Shown here: positions 51,713-62,089 of the stretch, one piece after another
How the letters are laid out: each line of letters begins with the position of its first letter
Position numbering within the stretch: the stretch's first letter is position 1
Source: an uncultured beta proteobacterium
GTDB taxonomy: Bacteria; Pseudomonadota; Gammaproteobacteria; Burkholderiales; SG8-39
Direction of reading: 5' to 3'
DNA length: 64,000 nucleotides
NCBI GenBank assembly: GCA_963820965.1
Contig: CAWGCC010000027.1
Location: 71,270-135,269, forward strand
The notes under the pieces: generated by a model
What the model saw: only the letters and a program-made list of their open reading frames with translations
The model's database searches: none
What the model was told of the DNA's origin: nothing
Program-made: the position numbers and the translations under genes

Positions 51713-53269
51713 TCACGCGGGTTGCGCCCGCCGCGTCTGCGCATCGTAAAGCGCGCGCACCGTATCGATCGTATCGGCCTCGGCAGCGGACTTGTCGGGC
51801 CGGTAGCGCTTCAGGCGCGCGAACCGGAGCGCAAGCCCGCCGGGGTAATGCGGGCTCGACTGGAGGTCGTTGAACGCGATCTCGGCGACGATTTCCGGAC
51901 GGACGTGCACGACATGCGCCTCGCGTCCCGTCTCGCGCGCAAGGAACGCCGCGGTCTGCCACGCGAGCGTCTCGTCGGTGATGCCCTTGAATGTCTTGCC
52001 GAGCATGACGAAGCCGCCCGTGGCAGGATCGCGCGCGCCGAGGTGCAGGTTGGAGAGCCATCCCTGCCGGCGCCCGCTGCCCCACTCGGCTGCGAGCACG
52101 ACGAGGTCGAGCGTGTGTGCCTGCTTGATCTTGAGCCAGCTCGCACCGCGGCGTCCGGCTTCGTAAGGCGCCTCCAGCGCCTTCGCCATGATTCCCTCGT
52201 GGCCCGCCGCGATCGCGGCGGAAAGAAACGCCTCGCCTGCGGCGAGCTCGCCCGTCACGAGTCGCGGGATCACGATGCCCGCCGGTGCGGCGTCGGCGAG
52301 CGCGGCGAACCGCTCGCGCGCCGGCCGGTCGACGAGATCATCGTTGTCGCGCCGCAGGCAGTCGAAGAAGAACACCGCGAGCGGGAGCTCGCCGCGCAAC
52401 CGCTCGACCTCGAGCTTCCGCCCGAAGCGCCGCATCGTCACCTGGAACGGCTGCGGCGAGCCGTTCGCCGCGAGCGCGATGGCCTCGCCATCGAGGATCA
52501 GCTCGCGCGCCGGGAGCGGCCGTACCGCCTCGACCGCTTCCGGCACCGTGGCGGTGACATCGTTCAGATTGCGGGTGAAGACGCGTACCTCGTCGCCGGC
52601 CTTATGGACCTGGACCCGGGCGCCGTCGAGCTTCCATTCGAGCGCCGCGGTGCCCAGCGCGCCAAGCGCGCCGGCGACGTCGTCTGCCGGCGTGGCGAGC
52701 ATCGGCTGGACCGGTTGCAGCAGCTGGATCGCGAACCGCGCAAGGCCCGCCGCGCCCTCGGTGAGGGCCGCCTTTGCGACTGCGGCGAGCCCGCCCGCAT
52801 ACATCGCCGCCCGGCGCACGTCGGCGGGCGGCAAGCCCGCCGCGCTCGCGATCGCATCGAGCATCACGCCTTCGAGCGCACCCTGCCGCAGCTCGCCGAC
52901 GATCAGGCGCGCGAGAAAGTCGCGCTCCTCCGCATTCCCGCGGGCGAACAGCGCGCCGAGCTGCCCCGTGCGCGCAGTCGTGGAACCCTTGCCGGTGGTC
53001 GCACGCAGACGCTCGAGCGCCGTGTCCACCTCGGCGAGTGTCAACGGATCGCCGCGGGGTCCGGGGCCGCTTCGCGCCTCGCGCAGCGCGGCGTAGCCGA
53101 GTCCGAGCTTGCCCTGGCGCGCCTGGCCGGACAAGTACCCGACCGCGATCTCGATCTCGTCAGGCGAGAGCCGGCGGAGCAGCTCGGCGAGCGCGGCGAT
53201 CTTCGCGAGGCGCCCCGAAGTGCCGGCGACGCGCTGCGAGGTGGCGACGAGATCGGCGAGGCGGGTCAT
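51713..53269 (-). CDS. ATP-dependent DNA ligase
   Basis: Intact 518-aa ORF. Adenylation motif I in LEWKLDGARVQVHK. DNA-binding domain N-terminus (SGRLAKIAALAELLRRLSPDEIEIAVGYLSG). OB-fold C-terminus. Lies 84 nt downstream of lhr. Confidence 0.9.
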   Translation of the reverse strand: MTRLADLVATSQRVAGTSGRLAKIAALAELLRRLSPDEIEIAVGYLSGQARQGKLGLGYAALREARSGPGPRGDPLTLAEVDTALERLRATTGKGSTTARTGQLGALFARGNAEERDFLARLIVGELRQGALEGVMLDAIASAAGLPPADVRRAAMYAGGLAAVAKAALTEGAAGLARFAIQLLQPVQPMLATPADDVAGALGALGTAALEWKLDGARVQVHKAGDEVRVFTRNLNDVTATVPEAVEAVRPLPARELILDGEAIALAANGSPQPFQVTMRRFGRKLEVERLRGELPLAVFFFDCLRRDNDDLVDRPARERFAALADAAPAGIVIPRLVTGELAAGEAFLSAAIAAGHEGIMAKALEAPYEAGRRGASWLKIKQAHTLDLVVLAAEWGSGRRQGWLSNLHLGARDPATGGFVMLGKTFKGITDETLAWQTAAFLARETGREAHVVHVRPEIVAEIAFNDLQSSPHYPGGLALRFARLKRYRPDKSAAEADTIDTVRALYDAQTRRAQPA

Positions 53270-53353
53270 AAGACTTCCGCTGCTGACGATGTAAGCACGG
53301 CCCGGTATCCGCTCGCGCGGCGAGCCTTGGCTTGGGGGACTTGGCGACCGCGC

Positions 53354-56300
53354 TCAGCCGAGAAACTGCAGCACGGCCGGTACCTGCCTCCGCAGCAGCG
53401 CGTTGCGCGCGTTCCACTCCGCTTCCGGCGCGAGCCGCTCGAGGAACCGCACTTCCCCGCCGACGAGGCACGCGATGGGGACACCGTCGCGGTAGAGCAC
53501 GCGGTTGCCCGTGAGTGCGGGGAGGCGCCCGCCCGGCGTGAGGACGCCGACCAGGTTGAGCGGGTCGGCGCCGCTCAAGGATACGAGCGTGCCGGTGCGC
53601 TCTTCGCGGCGCACGTCGCGCAGGCTGCCGACGGCCTCGGGTAGCGCGAACTGCTCGCCAGCAACGCCCGCGACGAAGCGTCCGCCGCGGATCTCGCCGC
53701 GGGCTTCGAGCCGGCGCAACGTGCGCAGCAGGTCACGCCACGGGGGCAGCCATACCGCCTCGCGCTCGATCAGGCGCCAGAAGACGACGCCGTAGCGCTT
53801 GAGGAGCGCGCGAGCGACATGTTCGACGATCTCCGGCTCGCCTTGCGTCCGGGCTTTCCGGCGCACGAGCGCCCACCGCCCGGCATCCTCGATCCCGAAG
53901 AGCGCCGTCCGACGGCGTCGCGTCCTGCCGCCGAGCGGTCGGCGGCGGTCGGTGGGAACGAGGAGCGCCCGCAGACCGCCGAAGCTGTCGCAGTTGACGA
54001 GGCCGAGCGCGACGAGCTCCCCTAGCGCTTCCTCGACCTGGGTGCGTAGGAGACCGGTGCCTTCCACGATCTCCTCGAAGAACGACGCGCCATCGGCGGT
54101 AATGAAATCCGCGACTGCCGCCCCGCGCGAGGAGGGTGCGACGCCGTCGCCGGTCGCGGCGAGCGCGGTCCAGAGCGGGAGGTTGCGACGGCCGAGCAGC
54201 GCGACCGGCGTGGTACGCACCGGCGTCGGCGCGCGCTCGCCGCTCGGCCGCGGGGTGGCGAGGCGCGTCCATACCACGCGACCGGCGAGGCTCAGCTCGT
54301 CGAGCCACGCCGGGTCATATTCGTTCACCCGGGCGGGCAGGATCTCGGTCTCCCACGCGGCGGCCGGCGCCTCGTAGCCCTCGAGCTGCGAGAGGATGGC
54401 GGCCAGCGCGTCCGCGCCCTCGACGCGCGCCTCGGCCGCGACGCGCTGCCACCGAAACAGGAAGCGCAGGAAATCGCGCGCCTCGACCGGCTCGATCTCG
54501 GCCCGCAACCGGTTCACGGTGTAGCGGTGGATGCGCGCCAAAAGCCGCCGCTCGCACCACTCGACCGCCTCGGCGTCGGGCGAGAACCGGCCACGCATCG
54601 CCGAGCCTTCGGCTTCCAGGCGGGCCAGCGCCACCTCGAGGTCGGCCGGCGACTGCTCCAGCGGCGCAGCGAGCGCTTGCGCCGTGACCGGGCCGAGCCC
54701 GTGCAAGCGGTCCCTGACGATCTCGACAAGCGCAGCCTCGCGCGTCCACGTCTTGCGGTATTCGGCGGGTGTCTCGATCTCCGGCGCTCGCGGCGCGCGG
54801 GGCAAGAGCGCCTCGAACTCGGGCAGGCGTTCCGCGGCCACCCAGATCCGGTCCCCGAAAAGCGTCGCGCGTCCCGCCCGGGCGAGCTCCTCGGCGAGGG
54901 AGCGCCAACCCGGCCGCAGCTCATCGTCGGCCAGGAAGGCAAGGGTGGCGATGGCGTCGGCGAACTCGTCGGCGTTGCGGACATCCGGCCAGACCTCTTC
55001 GCGCACGCGGCGGATCGCGTCGGCGTCGAGCTTGCCGAGGCCGGCGGCAGTCGCGGGGTCGAGCCACCGGCGCGCCATCACCGCCTGCGTACGACGCTCC
55101 TCGAGCGGCGCGTCGTCGAGGAAGGCGTAGGGACGCGCGGAGAGGATCTCGGCAGCAAGCGGCGACGGCTCGGTCAGCTCCCGCGCGATCACGCGAATCT
55201 CGCCGCGTTCCAGGCGCGCCAGCACGCGCTCCAGGCCCTCGACATCCATTGCCCCGTGCAGGCAGTCGGCGATCGTCTGCGCGACGAGCGGGTGGTCGGG
55301 GATCTCGCGGTCGCCGGCGAGGTTCTCGCCGCACGCGACCTGGTCGGGGAAGATCGCCGCGAGCAGGTCCTCGGCTTCCATCCGTTGGATCTGCGGCGCG
55401 ACCTTGCGTCCCCCGCGAAAGCGCAGAAGGGCGAGCGCAACGGTGGCGTTCCACCGCCAGCGCGCGGCGAACATCGGGGCGTCGAGGAGCGCCTGGACGA
55501 GCAGCGGACGCACGGTCTTCGAGTTGAGGTAGCGGGCGACTTCATCGAGCGCGAAGCTGTGGCTCGTCGAAAGCGACAGGATGATCGCGTCCTCGGTCGC
55601 GGCCGCCTGAAGCTCGAAGTTGAACTTGCGGCAGAACCGTTTGCGGAGCGCGAGCCCCCACGCGCGGTTGATCCGGCTGCCGAACGGGGCGTGGATCACG
55701 AGCTGCATGCCCCCCGATTCGTCGAAGAACCGCTCGAGCACGACGGTTTCCAGCGTCGGCAGCGCACCGAGGGCCGCGCGGGCCGCGGCCAGATAGTCGA
55801 CGACCTGCTCCGCCGCGACCGCGTCGAGGCCGACGTCGTCCACCAGGAGCGCGATCGCCGCCGCGCGATCGGGCGCGCCCTCGATCGCAGCCCGCAGCCG
55901 CGCAACGGACTGTGACAGCTCCGCGCTCCGTGCCGGCGCTTCCCCGAACCAGAACGGGATGCCGGGCGGCGCACCCTTCGCATCCTCGACGCGCACCGTT
56001 CCGCGCTCGACGCGCAGGATGCGGTACGAGGTGTTGCCGAGCTGGAACACGTCGCCCGCGAGGCTCTCGATCGCGAAGTCCTCGTTCACCGATCCGATGA
56101 CCTGGCCCTGGGGCTCGAGCATGACGGTGTAGTCCGCAGCATCGGGAATGGTGCCGCCGGAAGTCACCGCAGCGAGCGCCGCGCCGCGCCTGCCGCGCAG
56201 TACGCGATTGACCGCGTCACGGTGCACGTGCGCGCTTCGCCGGCCCCGGTGAGTGGAGTAGCCATCGGCCAGCGTCTGGACGACGGCGGTGAGCTCGTCG

Positions 56301-57628
56301 CGCTCGAGGCCGCGGAACGGGTACGCGCGCCGGAAGCGCGCGAAGAGCTCGTCCTCGCGCCATTCCTGATGCGCGACCTCGGCGACGATCTGCTGGGCGA
56401 GCACGTCGAGCGGCTTGGCGGGCACCGCGATGCGATCGAGCTCGCCGCGGCGCGCGGCGTCGAGGAGCGCGGCGCCGTCGCACAGATCGTCGCGCGAGAG
56501 CGGGAAGAGGCGACCCTTCGGTACCCCGCCGACCGCGTGGCCGGAGCGGCCGACCCGCTGGAGGAAGGCCGCGATCGTGCGCGTCGAGCCGAGCTGGCAC
56601 ACGAGATCCACGTCGCCGACGTCGATCCCGAGCTCGAGCGACGCGGTCGCGACGAGGACCTTCAGCTCGCCCCGCTTCAGCCGCTGCTCGGCGTTGAGGC
56701 GGATCTCGCGCGCGAGGCTGCCGTGATGCGCGGCGATGTGGTGCTCGCCGAGCCGCTCCGAGAGGTGCCGTGCCGCCCGCTCGGCGAGGCGCCGCGTGTT
56801 GACGAAGACGAGCGTGGTGCGGTGCTCGCTCGCGAGCACGGCGAGACGGTCGTAAACCTGCTGCCACATCTCGCCCGACATCACGGCTTCGAGCGGCGCG
56901 GGCGGCAGCTCGATCGCGAGGTCCCGCCGCTTCACGTGGCCGGTGTCGACGATCGTGCAGGGCGCGCCGCCGGTCAGGAAGCGCGCGATCTCGTCGATCG
57001 GTTTCTGCGTCGCGGAGAGCCCGACGCGCACCAGCGCCGGCCCAGCAAGCGCCTCGAGCCGCTCGAGCGACAGCGCGAGATGTGCACCGCGCTTGTTCGG
57101 CGCGAGCGCGTGGATCTCGTCGACGATCACCGTGCGCGTCGTCCGGAGCATCTCGCGGCCGGACCTGCTGGTGAGCAGGATGTAGAGCGATTCGGGGGTC
57201 GTGACGACGATATGCGGCGGGCGCTTTCGCATGCTTGCACGCTCGCCGTGAGGCGTATCGCCGGTGCGCACGAGCGTGCGGATGCCGACGTCGGGGAAGC
57301 CGAGCGCTTCGAGCGCAACCCGGATCCCGGCGATCGGCGCCTCCAGGTTCCGCTGGATGTCGTTCGATAGCGCCTTCAGCGGCGAGACATACACGACGTG
57401 CGTTTCGTCGGCGAGCCCGCGCTCCACGCCTTCGCGCACCAGTGCGTCGATTGCAGCGAGGAAGGCAGCGAGCGTTTTGCCCGAACCGGTCGGGGCGGCG
57501 ACAAGGGCGTGGCGGCCGGAGGCGATCGCGGGCCACGCCTCGACCTGCGGCGCGGTCGGCGCGGCGAACGCCGAACGGAACCACGCCTGCACGGCCGGGT
57601 GGAAGAGCTCGAGCACTCGATCGGTCAT
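53354..57628 (-). CDS. lhr: Large ATP-dependent helicase Lhr (DExH box, full-length ~1424 aa)
   Basis: [17 protein letters not shown]. Motif [15 protein letters not shown]. Motif [11 protein letters not shown]. Long C-terminal extension. Start set at 57628 because the track's extra 15 codons are a translation of the REP-like element. Confidence 0.9.
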   Translation of the reverse strand: MTDRVLELFHPAVQAWFRSAFAAPTAPQVEAWPAIASGRHALVAAPTGSGKTLAAFLAAIDALVREGVERGLADETHVVYVSPLKALSNDIQRNLEAPIAGIRVALEALGFPDVGIRTLVRTGDTPHGERASMRKRPPHIVVTTPESLYILLTSRSGREMLRTTRTVIVDEIHALAPNKRGAHLALSLERLEALAGPALVRVGLSATQKPIDEIARFLTGGAPCTIVDTGHVKRRDLAIELPPAPLEAVMSGEMWQQVYDRLAVLASEHRTTLVFVNTRRLAERAARHLSERLGEHHIAAHHGSLAREIRLNAEQRLKRGELKVLVATASLELGIDVGDVDLVCQLGSTRTIAAFLQRVGRSGHAVGGVPKGRLFPLSRDDLCDGAALLDAARRGELDRIAVPAKPLDVLAQQIVAEVAHQEWREDELFARFRRAYPFRGLERDELTAVVQTLADGYSTHRGRRSAHVHRDAVNRVLRGRRGAALAAVTSGGTIPDAADYTVMLEPQGQVIGSVNEDFAIESLAGDVFQLGNTSYRILRVERGTVRVEDAKGAPPGIPFWFGEAPARSAELSQSVARLRAAIEGAPDRAAAIALLVDDVGLDAVAAEQVVDYLAAARAALGALPTLETVVLERFFDESGGMQLVIHAPFGSRINRAWGLALRKRFCRKFNFELQAAATEDAIILSLSTSHSFALDEVARYLNSKTVRPLLVQALLDAPMFAARWRWNATVALALLRFRGGRKVAPQIQRMEAEDLLAAIFPDQVACGENLAGDREIPDHPLVAQTIADCLHGAMDVEGLERVLARLERGEIRVIARELTEPSPLAAEILSARPYAFLDDAPLEERRTQAVMARRWLDPATAAGLGKLDADAIRRVREEVWPDVRNADEFADAIATLAFLADDELRPGWRSLAEELARAGRATLFGDRIWVAAERLPEFEALLPRAPRAPEIETPAEYRKTWTREAALVEIVRDRLHGLGPVTAQALAAPLEQSPADLEVALARLEAEGSAMRGRFSPDAEAVEWCERRLLARIHRYTVNRLRAEIEPVEARDFLRFLFRWQRVAAEARVEGADALAAILSQLEGYEAPAAAWETEILPARVNEYDPAWLDELSLAGRVVWTRLATPRPSGERAPTPVRTTPVALLGRRNLPLWTALAATGDGVAPSSRGAAVADFITADGASFFEEIVEGTGLLRTQVEEALGELVALGLVNCDSFGGLRALLVPTDRRRPLGGRTRRRRTALFGIEDAGRWALVRRKARTQGEPEIVEHVARALLKRYGVVFWRLIEREAVWLPPWRDLLRTLRRLEARGEIRGGRFVAGVAGEQFALPEAVGSLRDVRREERTGTLVSLSGADPLNLVGVLTPGGRLPALTGNRVLYRDGVPIACLVGGEVRFLERLAPEAEWNARNALLRRQVPAVLQFLG

Positions 57629-57636
57629 CTGTGGGG

Positions 57637-57666
57637 CGTCATTCCGGCGAACGCCGGGATCCGGGG
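57637..57666 (+). repeat. REP-like element, copy 2
   Basis: cgtcattccggcgaacgccgggatccgggg, compared with cgtcattccggcggaagccggaatccggg at 4154-4182. Intergenic between DUF427 and lhr. Confidence 0.55.
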
Positions 57667-57704
57667 AACGCAACTGGGGCGCGCGGCTTTCGCTGGGCGT
57701 GACG

Positions 57705-57973
57705 CTACGCCTCCACCTTCACGCCCCGCCAGAACGCGATGTAGCCCTCGATGTCTGCCGCGGCGGGTTTGACGTCGGGCGGTACCAGGCGGCGTCCCTG
57801 TCGACGTGACCGTCGGCCCCCACATCGTAGTGGCTGGCGGTCCCTTTCCACCCACAGGCGGTGTGGATTTCGCTCCGCCGGGGATACTCGGGCTCTACCG
57901 CCGCGGGCAGAAGGTACTGATTGCCTTCCTCGCGCTCGGCGATCACCATGCCGGTCCAGATTGCTCGCGTCAT
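57705..57973 (-). pseudogene. DUF427-domain protein, one frameshift
   Basis: MTRAIWTGMVIAEREEGNQYLLPAAVEPEYPRRSEIHTACGWKGTASHYDVGADGHVDRDAAWYRP, then a frame change at ~57783 to [23 protein letters not shown]. Confidence 0.7.
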
Positions 57974-58569
57974 GTCCGATATGGTAGCGCGGCGCGAAAA
58001 AAGAGATCCGGATCGACCAGCTGAGCGCGTTCTGCCTGGCGCGTCCTGGATTACCGACATCCTCAAGGCGGACTGATAGGCCGGGATCGGGTCCGGTTCC
58101 CCTGAAAGTGAAGTGCAGTTTGGCTGTGTAAGTCACCTGTATGCAACCAAGCCGGATACTTCACGGACCGATTCACACCCTGCGGCGTCTGCCATCCGGT
58201 TTACCCGGTAGATCGAATGGCTTAGTCCGTCGGAGGCATAGGCAGCGGGGGGTCGGTGTTCTCATCCTTGGCACATTGCGCACTGCGTTTCCCGGTGCCC
58301 TGACCGACGGCGGCTCAAGCATGACGATTGCGGTAGGCAACGACTTCGAGGCGGCCCGGCCTGCGCCGGACGGCGAAGAGCGCAGCATCCGCGAGGCGCT
58401 GCGGCTCACGGTACTGTTCGTCGCCGTCGTCCTGGTTCTCGTCTGGGCGGGTCTTGCGGACGCACACCCGATCAACGATTCATCCGCCCGGACTTTGCGT
58501 CCGGACGGGACGAGTAGCTCCCCGACCCTAAGGTAGCAGCGCTCCTCTCTGCCTAGCGGTCGTTTTTGG

Positions 58570-58611
58570 TCCCCGGCGGTGCGTGAACCGCCCCGCCGGG
58601 GAATTTGTTTT
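58570..58611 (+). terminator. Possible GC hairpin followed by a T-rich tract
   Basis: TCCCCGGCGGtgcgtgaaCCGCCccgCCGGGGA followed by atttgtttt. Lies between a doubtful plus-strand ORF (58321-58536) and the 3' end of the minus-strand kinase gene. Confidence 0.35.
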
Positions 58612-58628
58612 CGGCCCAGTCCTTTCCA

Positions 58629-60419
58629 TCAACGCCGCACCGCAGCCTGAAGCCGCGCGTCGATGAGCGCGCGCAGGTCGGCCGGCAGGACCGGCTTCAA
58701 GAGCAGGTCATCGCCGCGCGTCCGGACGCGCTCCGCAAGGTCGGATGTGCTCGAGCCGGTCACGACAATCGCCGGGATCTCGGGATCGAGCATGGCGCGG
58801 AGGTCGTCGATCACGTCGGTGCCGAGACGACCGTCGGCGAGGCGATAGTCGACGATCAGCAGATCGGGCAGCTGCCCCAGCGCCTCGAGCTGGCCCATCA
58901 CGTCGGCGCCGTCGCTCGAACCGATCACGTCCGCTCCCCACGTGGCAAGAAGCGACCGCATCGCCTCGACGATCGCCGGCTCGTCGTCGATCACCACCAC
59001 CAGCCGTCCGGCGAGCGCGCCGGCCGGCCGCGCGGGCTTGGACTGCGCATGTGGTCTCTCCGCCACGGGCGCAACGGCCGGCACCTCGAAGCGGAACACC
59101 GAGCCGCGCCCGGGGCGAGAGTCGACCCGGATCCGGTAACCGAGCAGCGCGCACAGCCGCTCGACGATCGCTAGGCCGAGCCCGAGTCCCTTGCGGCCCG
59201 ACCGCCCGGGGTTGCCGAGCTGGTAGAACTCCTCGAAGATCCGGCTGTGCTCGGAGTCGGGGATCCCGACGCCGGAGTCCCAGACCTCGAGCGCGAGCGT
59301 ATTCCCGCGCCGCCGCGCGCCGGCAAGGACGCCCCCCTGCGCGGTGTAGCGAATGGCGTTCGACATCAGGTTGCGCAGGATCCTCTCGAGCAGCACCGGG
59401 TCGCTGCGCACCCACGCCCGCGATCGGGTAACCCGGATCCGCAGCCCTTTCTCCGCCGCCTCCGGCGCGAGCTCGAGCCGGAGACGGTCGAGCACCCGGC
59501 TCACCGGGAAATCGCGCAGCTCCGGCTTGACGGCGCCGGCGTCGAGCTTGGATATGTCGAGCAGCTCGTTGAAAAGCGCCTCGAGCGCCTCGACCGAGGC
59601 GTTGATGCTCGCCACCAGCCCGGCTACGCCGGGGTCGCGACTGCGCTCGGACAGCGCCGCCGTCATCAGACCAAGGGCGTGCAAGGGCTGGCGGAGGTCG
59701 TGGTTCGCCGCCGCAAAGAACTGCGTCTTGGACCGGTTCGCGGCCTCGGCCTGGGCGCGCGCGGCCTCCGCGATCTCCTTCTGCCGCGAGAGCGCTTCGA
59801 TCAGCGCGAGGTTCTCGAAGCGGCGCCGGATCGCCTCGTCGACGAGGAGATTCACCCTGCGCCCGAACATCAGCCCGATCGCGAGCGCGATGCCGAGCGG
59901 GATCGCGAGCGCGATCTCGTTCCTGTTGCCCGAGGCGAGGCAGCGGACGATGAAGGGCAGGAGCACCAGCACCACCAGCGGATAGAACGCCGGTGCGAAG
60001 ATCGAGATCGACGGGATCGTCAGTGACACGATGCCGAACAGGATCAGCGCGAGATAAGTCTGCTCGACGATGGCATCGGGGACGTAGAAGAAGATGCCGC
60101 TCGCGCCCCAGATCAGGCCGGCGACGACCGCCGCGCCGATGTAGAGCCGGCCCCAGCGCCCGGACTCCGCCGGCCCCGGCTTCGCGCGCAGGTACGCCCC
60201 GTAGTGGTAGATGCGGACCGCCTGGTGCAGAAGCAGCGCCGCAGTCCACGCGGCGATCACGCCCACCGCCACCTTGTCCCACGCGATCCAGACGAGGAAC
60301 GCGCCGGCCACGAGCGAGCCGATCGTCGTCGTCGGCGAGTGGAGATAGACGGTGCGGATCTGCTCCGCGCGCACCTTTTCGCGGAGCGGTCCACTGTCCG
60401 CTGGCGCGGCCGTTCGCAT
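58629..60419 (-). CDS. Hybrid sensor histidine kinase/response regulator (membrane sensor, HisKA, HATPase, REC)
   Basis: Intact 596-aa ORF with ~6 TM helices. H-box FFAAANHDLRQPLHAL. N-box LMSNAIRYT. G-boxes VWDSGVGIP and GLGLGLAIV. C-terminal receiver (LVVVIDDEPAI...LLIVDYRLADG...LLLKP). No HPt domain. Confidence 0.9.
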   Translation of the reverse strand: MRTAAPADSGPLREKVRAEQIRTVYLHSPTTTIGSLVAGAFLVWIAWDKVAVGVIAAWTAALLLHQAVRIYHYGAYLRAKPGPAESGRWGRLYIGAAVVAGLIWGASGIFFYVPDAIVEQTYLALILFGIVSLTIPSISIFAPAFYPLVVLVLLPFIVRCLASGNRNEIALAIPLGIALAIGLMFGRRVNLLVDEAIRRRFENLALIEALSRQKEIAEAARAQAEAANRSKTQFFAAANHDLRQPLHALGLMTAALSERSRDPGVAGLVASINASVEALEALFNELLDISKLDAGAVKPELRDFPVSRVLDRLRLELAPEAAEKGLRIRVTRSRAWVRSDPVLLERILRNLMSNAIRYTAQGGVLAGARRRGNTLALEVWDSGVGIPDSEHSRIFEEFYQLGNPGRSGRKGLGLGLAIVERLCALLGYRIRVDSRPGRGSVFRFEVPAVAPVAERPHAQSKPARPAGALAGRLVVVIDDEPAIVEAMRSLLATWGADVIGSSDGADVMGQLEALGQLPDLLIVDYRLADGRLGTDVIDDLRAMLDPEIPAIVVTGSSTSDLAERVRTRGDDLLLKPVLPADLRALIDARLQAAVRR

Positions 60420-60458
60420 CGCAGGCCGGAGGTTACGCCGAGCGCAGCGCGCGCGGCG

Positions 60459-61163
60459 TCAATGCCGTGGGTGCTGGCCCAGCGCGGTCGCGATCACGTT
60501 CTCGAGCTGGAGGCCGAGCCGGCTCGCCTCGATCACGGCCTGCGTGCGCGTGCTGACGTTGAGCGCGCGCAGGATGGCCGCGACGTGGATCTTGACGGTC
60601 CCTTCCGCGAGACCGAGCTCGCGACAGATGACCTTGTTCGGCTTGCCCTGGAGAATCAGCGCCAGCACCTGGGCCTGTCGCGCCGTCAGGCCGAGCTCGC
60701 GCGGCGTGGTATAGGCGGCCGACGGATCTTCGGCGATGCGCGGCGTGACCGGCACCGGATCGTCGCGACCGCTGAGCGCGATCGGCGGCAGGTAGACGCC
60801 GCCCGAGAGCACCAGCCGCAGCGCCTGCAAGGTCACCTGGTTCGACGAGCTCTTCGGGATGTAGCCCATCGCGCCGAGGTCGATGGCGCGCAGGATGTCC
60901 TCGCGGCGGTCCGAGGCCGAGATCACGACGACCGGAATCGCCGGATGGTCGGCGCGCAGCTCCTCGAGGAGGCTGAAGCCGTCGGCACCGGGCAGCGTGA
61001 GGTCGAGAAGCAGCAGCCCGGCGTCGGGGTGCTCGGCTACGAGGTGCCTGCCGTCCTCGGCCGTACGCGCGTCGCGAACCTGCACTTCCCCGTCGAGCTG
61101 CCGCAACACGTGATGCAGCGCCTCGAGGATGAGCGGATGGTCATCCACGACCAGGATCTTCAC
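60459..61163 (-). CDS. NarL/FixJ (LuxR-HTH) family response regulator
   Basis: MKILVVDDHPLILEAL, LLLLDLTLPGADG, GYIPKSS. C-terminal HTH LTARQAQVLALILQGKPNKVICRELGLAEGTVKIHVAAILRAL. Lies 39 nt upstream of the kinase gene. Confidence 0.9.
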   Translation of the reverse strand: MKILVVDDHPLILEALHHVLRQLDGEVQVRDARTAEDGRHLVAEHPDAGLLLLDLTLPGADGFSLLEELRADHPAIPVVVISASDRREDILRAIDLGAMGYIPKSSSNQVTLQALRLVLSGGVYLPPIALSGRDDPVPVTPRIAEDPSAAYTTPRELGLTARQAQVLALILQGKPNKVICRELGLAEGTVKIHVAAILRALNVSTRTQAVIEASRLGLQLENVIATALGQHPRH

Positions 61164-61380
61164 GATGCCCCTTTAAGTCTTGTTGGTATTGCAAACAATG
61201 GTAACACTCGTGCAAGTCAGTTGCACCTGGACCTGGCGCGCGGCGGGCCCGGTCCCCGGGAAGAGTTCACGCTTCGCCGCCCCCCATCGCCTGCAGGTAC
61301 TAGGCAGACGAGCGGATACCGAACGCGCGATGCCTTGCCGATACTTGAATCGGGTCGCGAGACCCTCGAAGGAGGCAGCC

Positions 61381-61704
61381 ATGGCAACCGAAATCGAGTT
61401 CGACATCGACATCGAGAGTGACGCGACCGTCGCGCGCGAACCGCGCATCCCCAACGCGGTGTGGATCAACCGGCCGTCGCACCCGGAGCGTGGCAACGCG
61501 CACCCCGTGAGCGCGATCGTCGGTGCGATCACCGTAGCGGCGCTGCTCGGACTCGGCGTGACGCTGACTCGCGATCGCGTGCTCGTATCGCCGGCGGTCG
61601 CGGACACCGCGGCTGAATCGACCGGCAACGGCCCGACGGGATACTTCCCCGACAAGTTCGAGCGTGTGACCGGCGAGATCGAGCCGCTGCCGCCGACGTT
61701 CTGA
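61381..61704 (+). CDS. Hypothetical single-TM protein (107 aa)
   Basis: ATG at 61381 with a GGAGG RBS. Acidic N-terminus MATEIEFDIDIESDATV, TM segment VSAIVGAITVAALLGLGVTL, C-terminal ...GYFPDKFERVTGEIEPLPPTF. Divergent from the LuxR gene. Confidence 0.5.
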   Translation: MATEIEFDIDIESDATVAREPRIPNAVWINRPSHPERGNAHPVSAIVGAITVAALLGLGVTLTRDRVLVSPAVADTAAESTGNGPTGYFPDKFERVTGEIEPLPPTF

Positions 61705-62089
61705 GCCTGCCTCTGCTCCATCGGGCGTAAGTCCTCGTGGAGGGTTTCGGCGGCACGCGGACCTGCGCGAGGATGTCGTGCGCGTCGTGGGCACGCTCGA
61801 TGCGTCAGGGAAGGCGCCGGCCGCCACCCGCTACGATCATCCGTCTGGAGAACGACATCCACACCGTGCGGAACGACATCCAGCCCCAGGGCGCTGACCT
61901 CGAGCTGAACGGCGCTACTCGTCAATCATTGCCCGGACGCGAACGGAGTCGGTTCCCCGAACTCTCGCTTTTGGTACTTGTGCCTGATAAGGCCCAGCTG
62001 GCGAAGGCAGTCGCAGGCCGCCCTGCGCAACGTGCTCAGCATCGCCGCATCTGTCCGAGAGCGAGCGCACGGTGCCGGAGCGCGGCCGC

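Noticed and set aside
51704-53644. 646-aa plus-strand ORF
   Set aside because: It is antisense to the ATP-dependent ligase and the 3' end of lhr. It is a shadow frame.
58141-58536. 131-aa plus-strand ORF (or a 71-aa version from ATG 58321) with one hydrophobic segment
   Set aside because: It has no RBS, atypical composition and no recognisable family. The downstream hairpin is the only supporting feature, so it is not reported as a gene.
61705-62089. 385-nt gap between the small TM ORF and the second histidine kinase, including a minus-frame fragment (...LRRAACDCLRQLGLIRHKYQKREFGEPTPFASGQ)
   Set aside because: The fragment is short, lacks a start and RBS context, and I could not assign it to any family. 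It is possibly a gene remnant but is unsupported.
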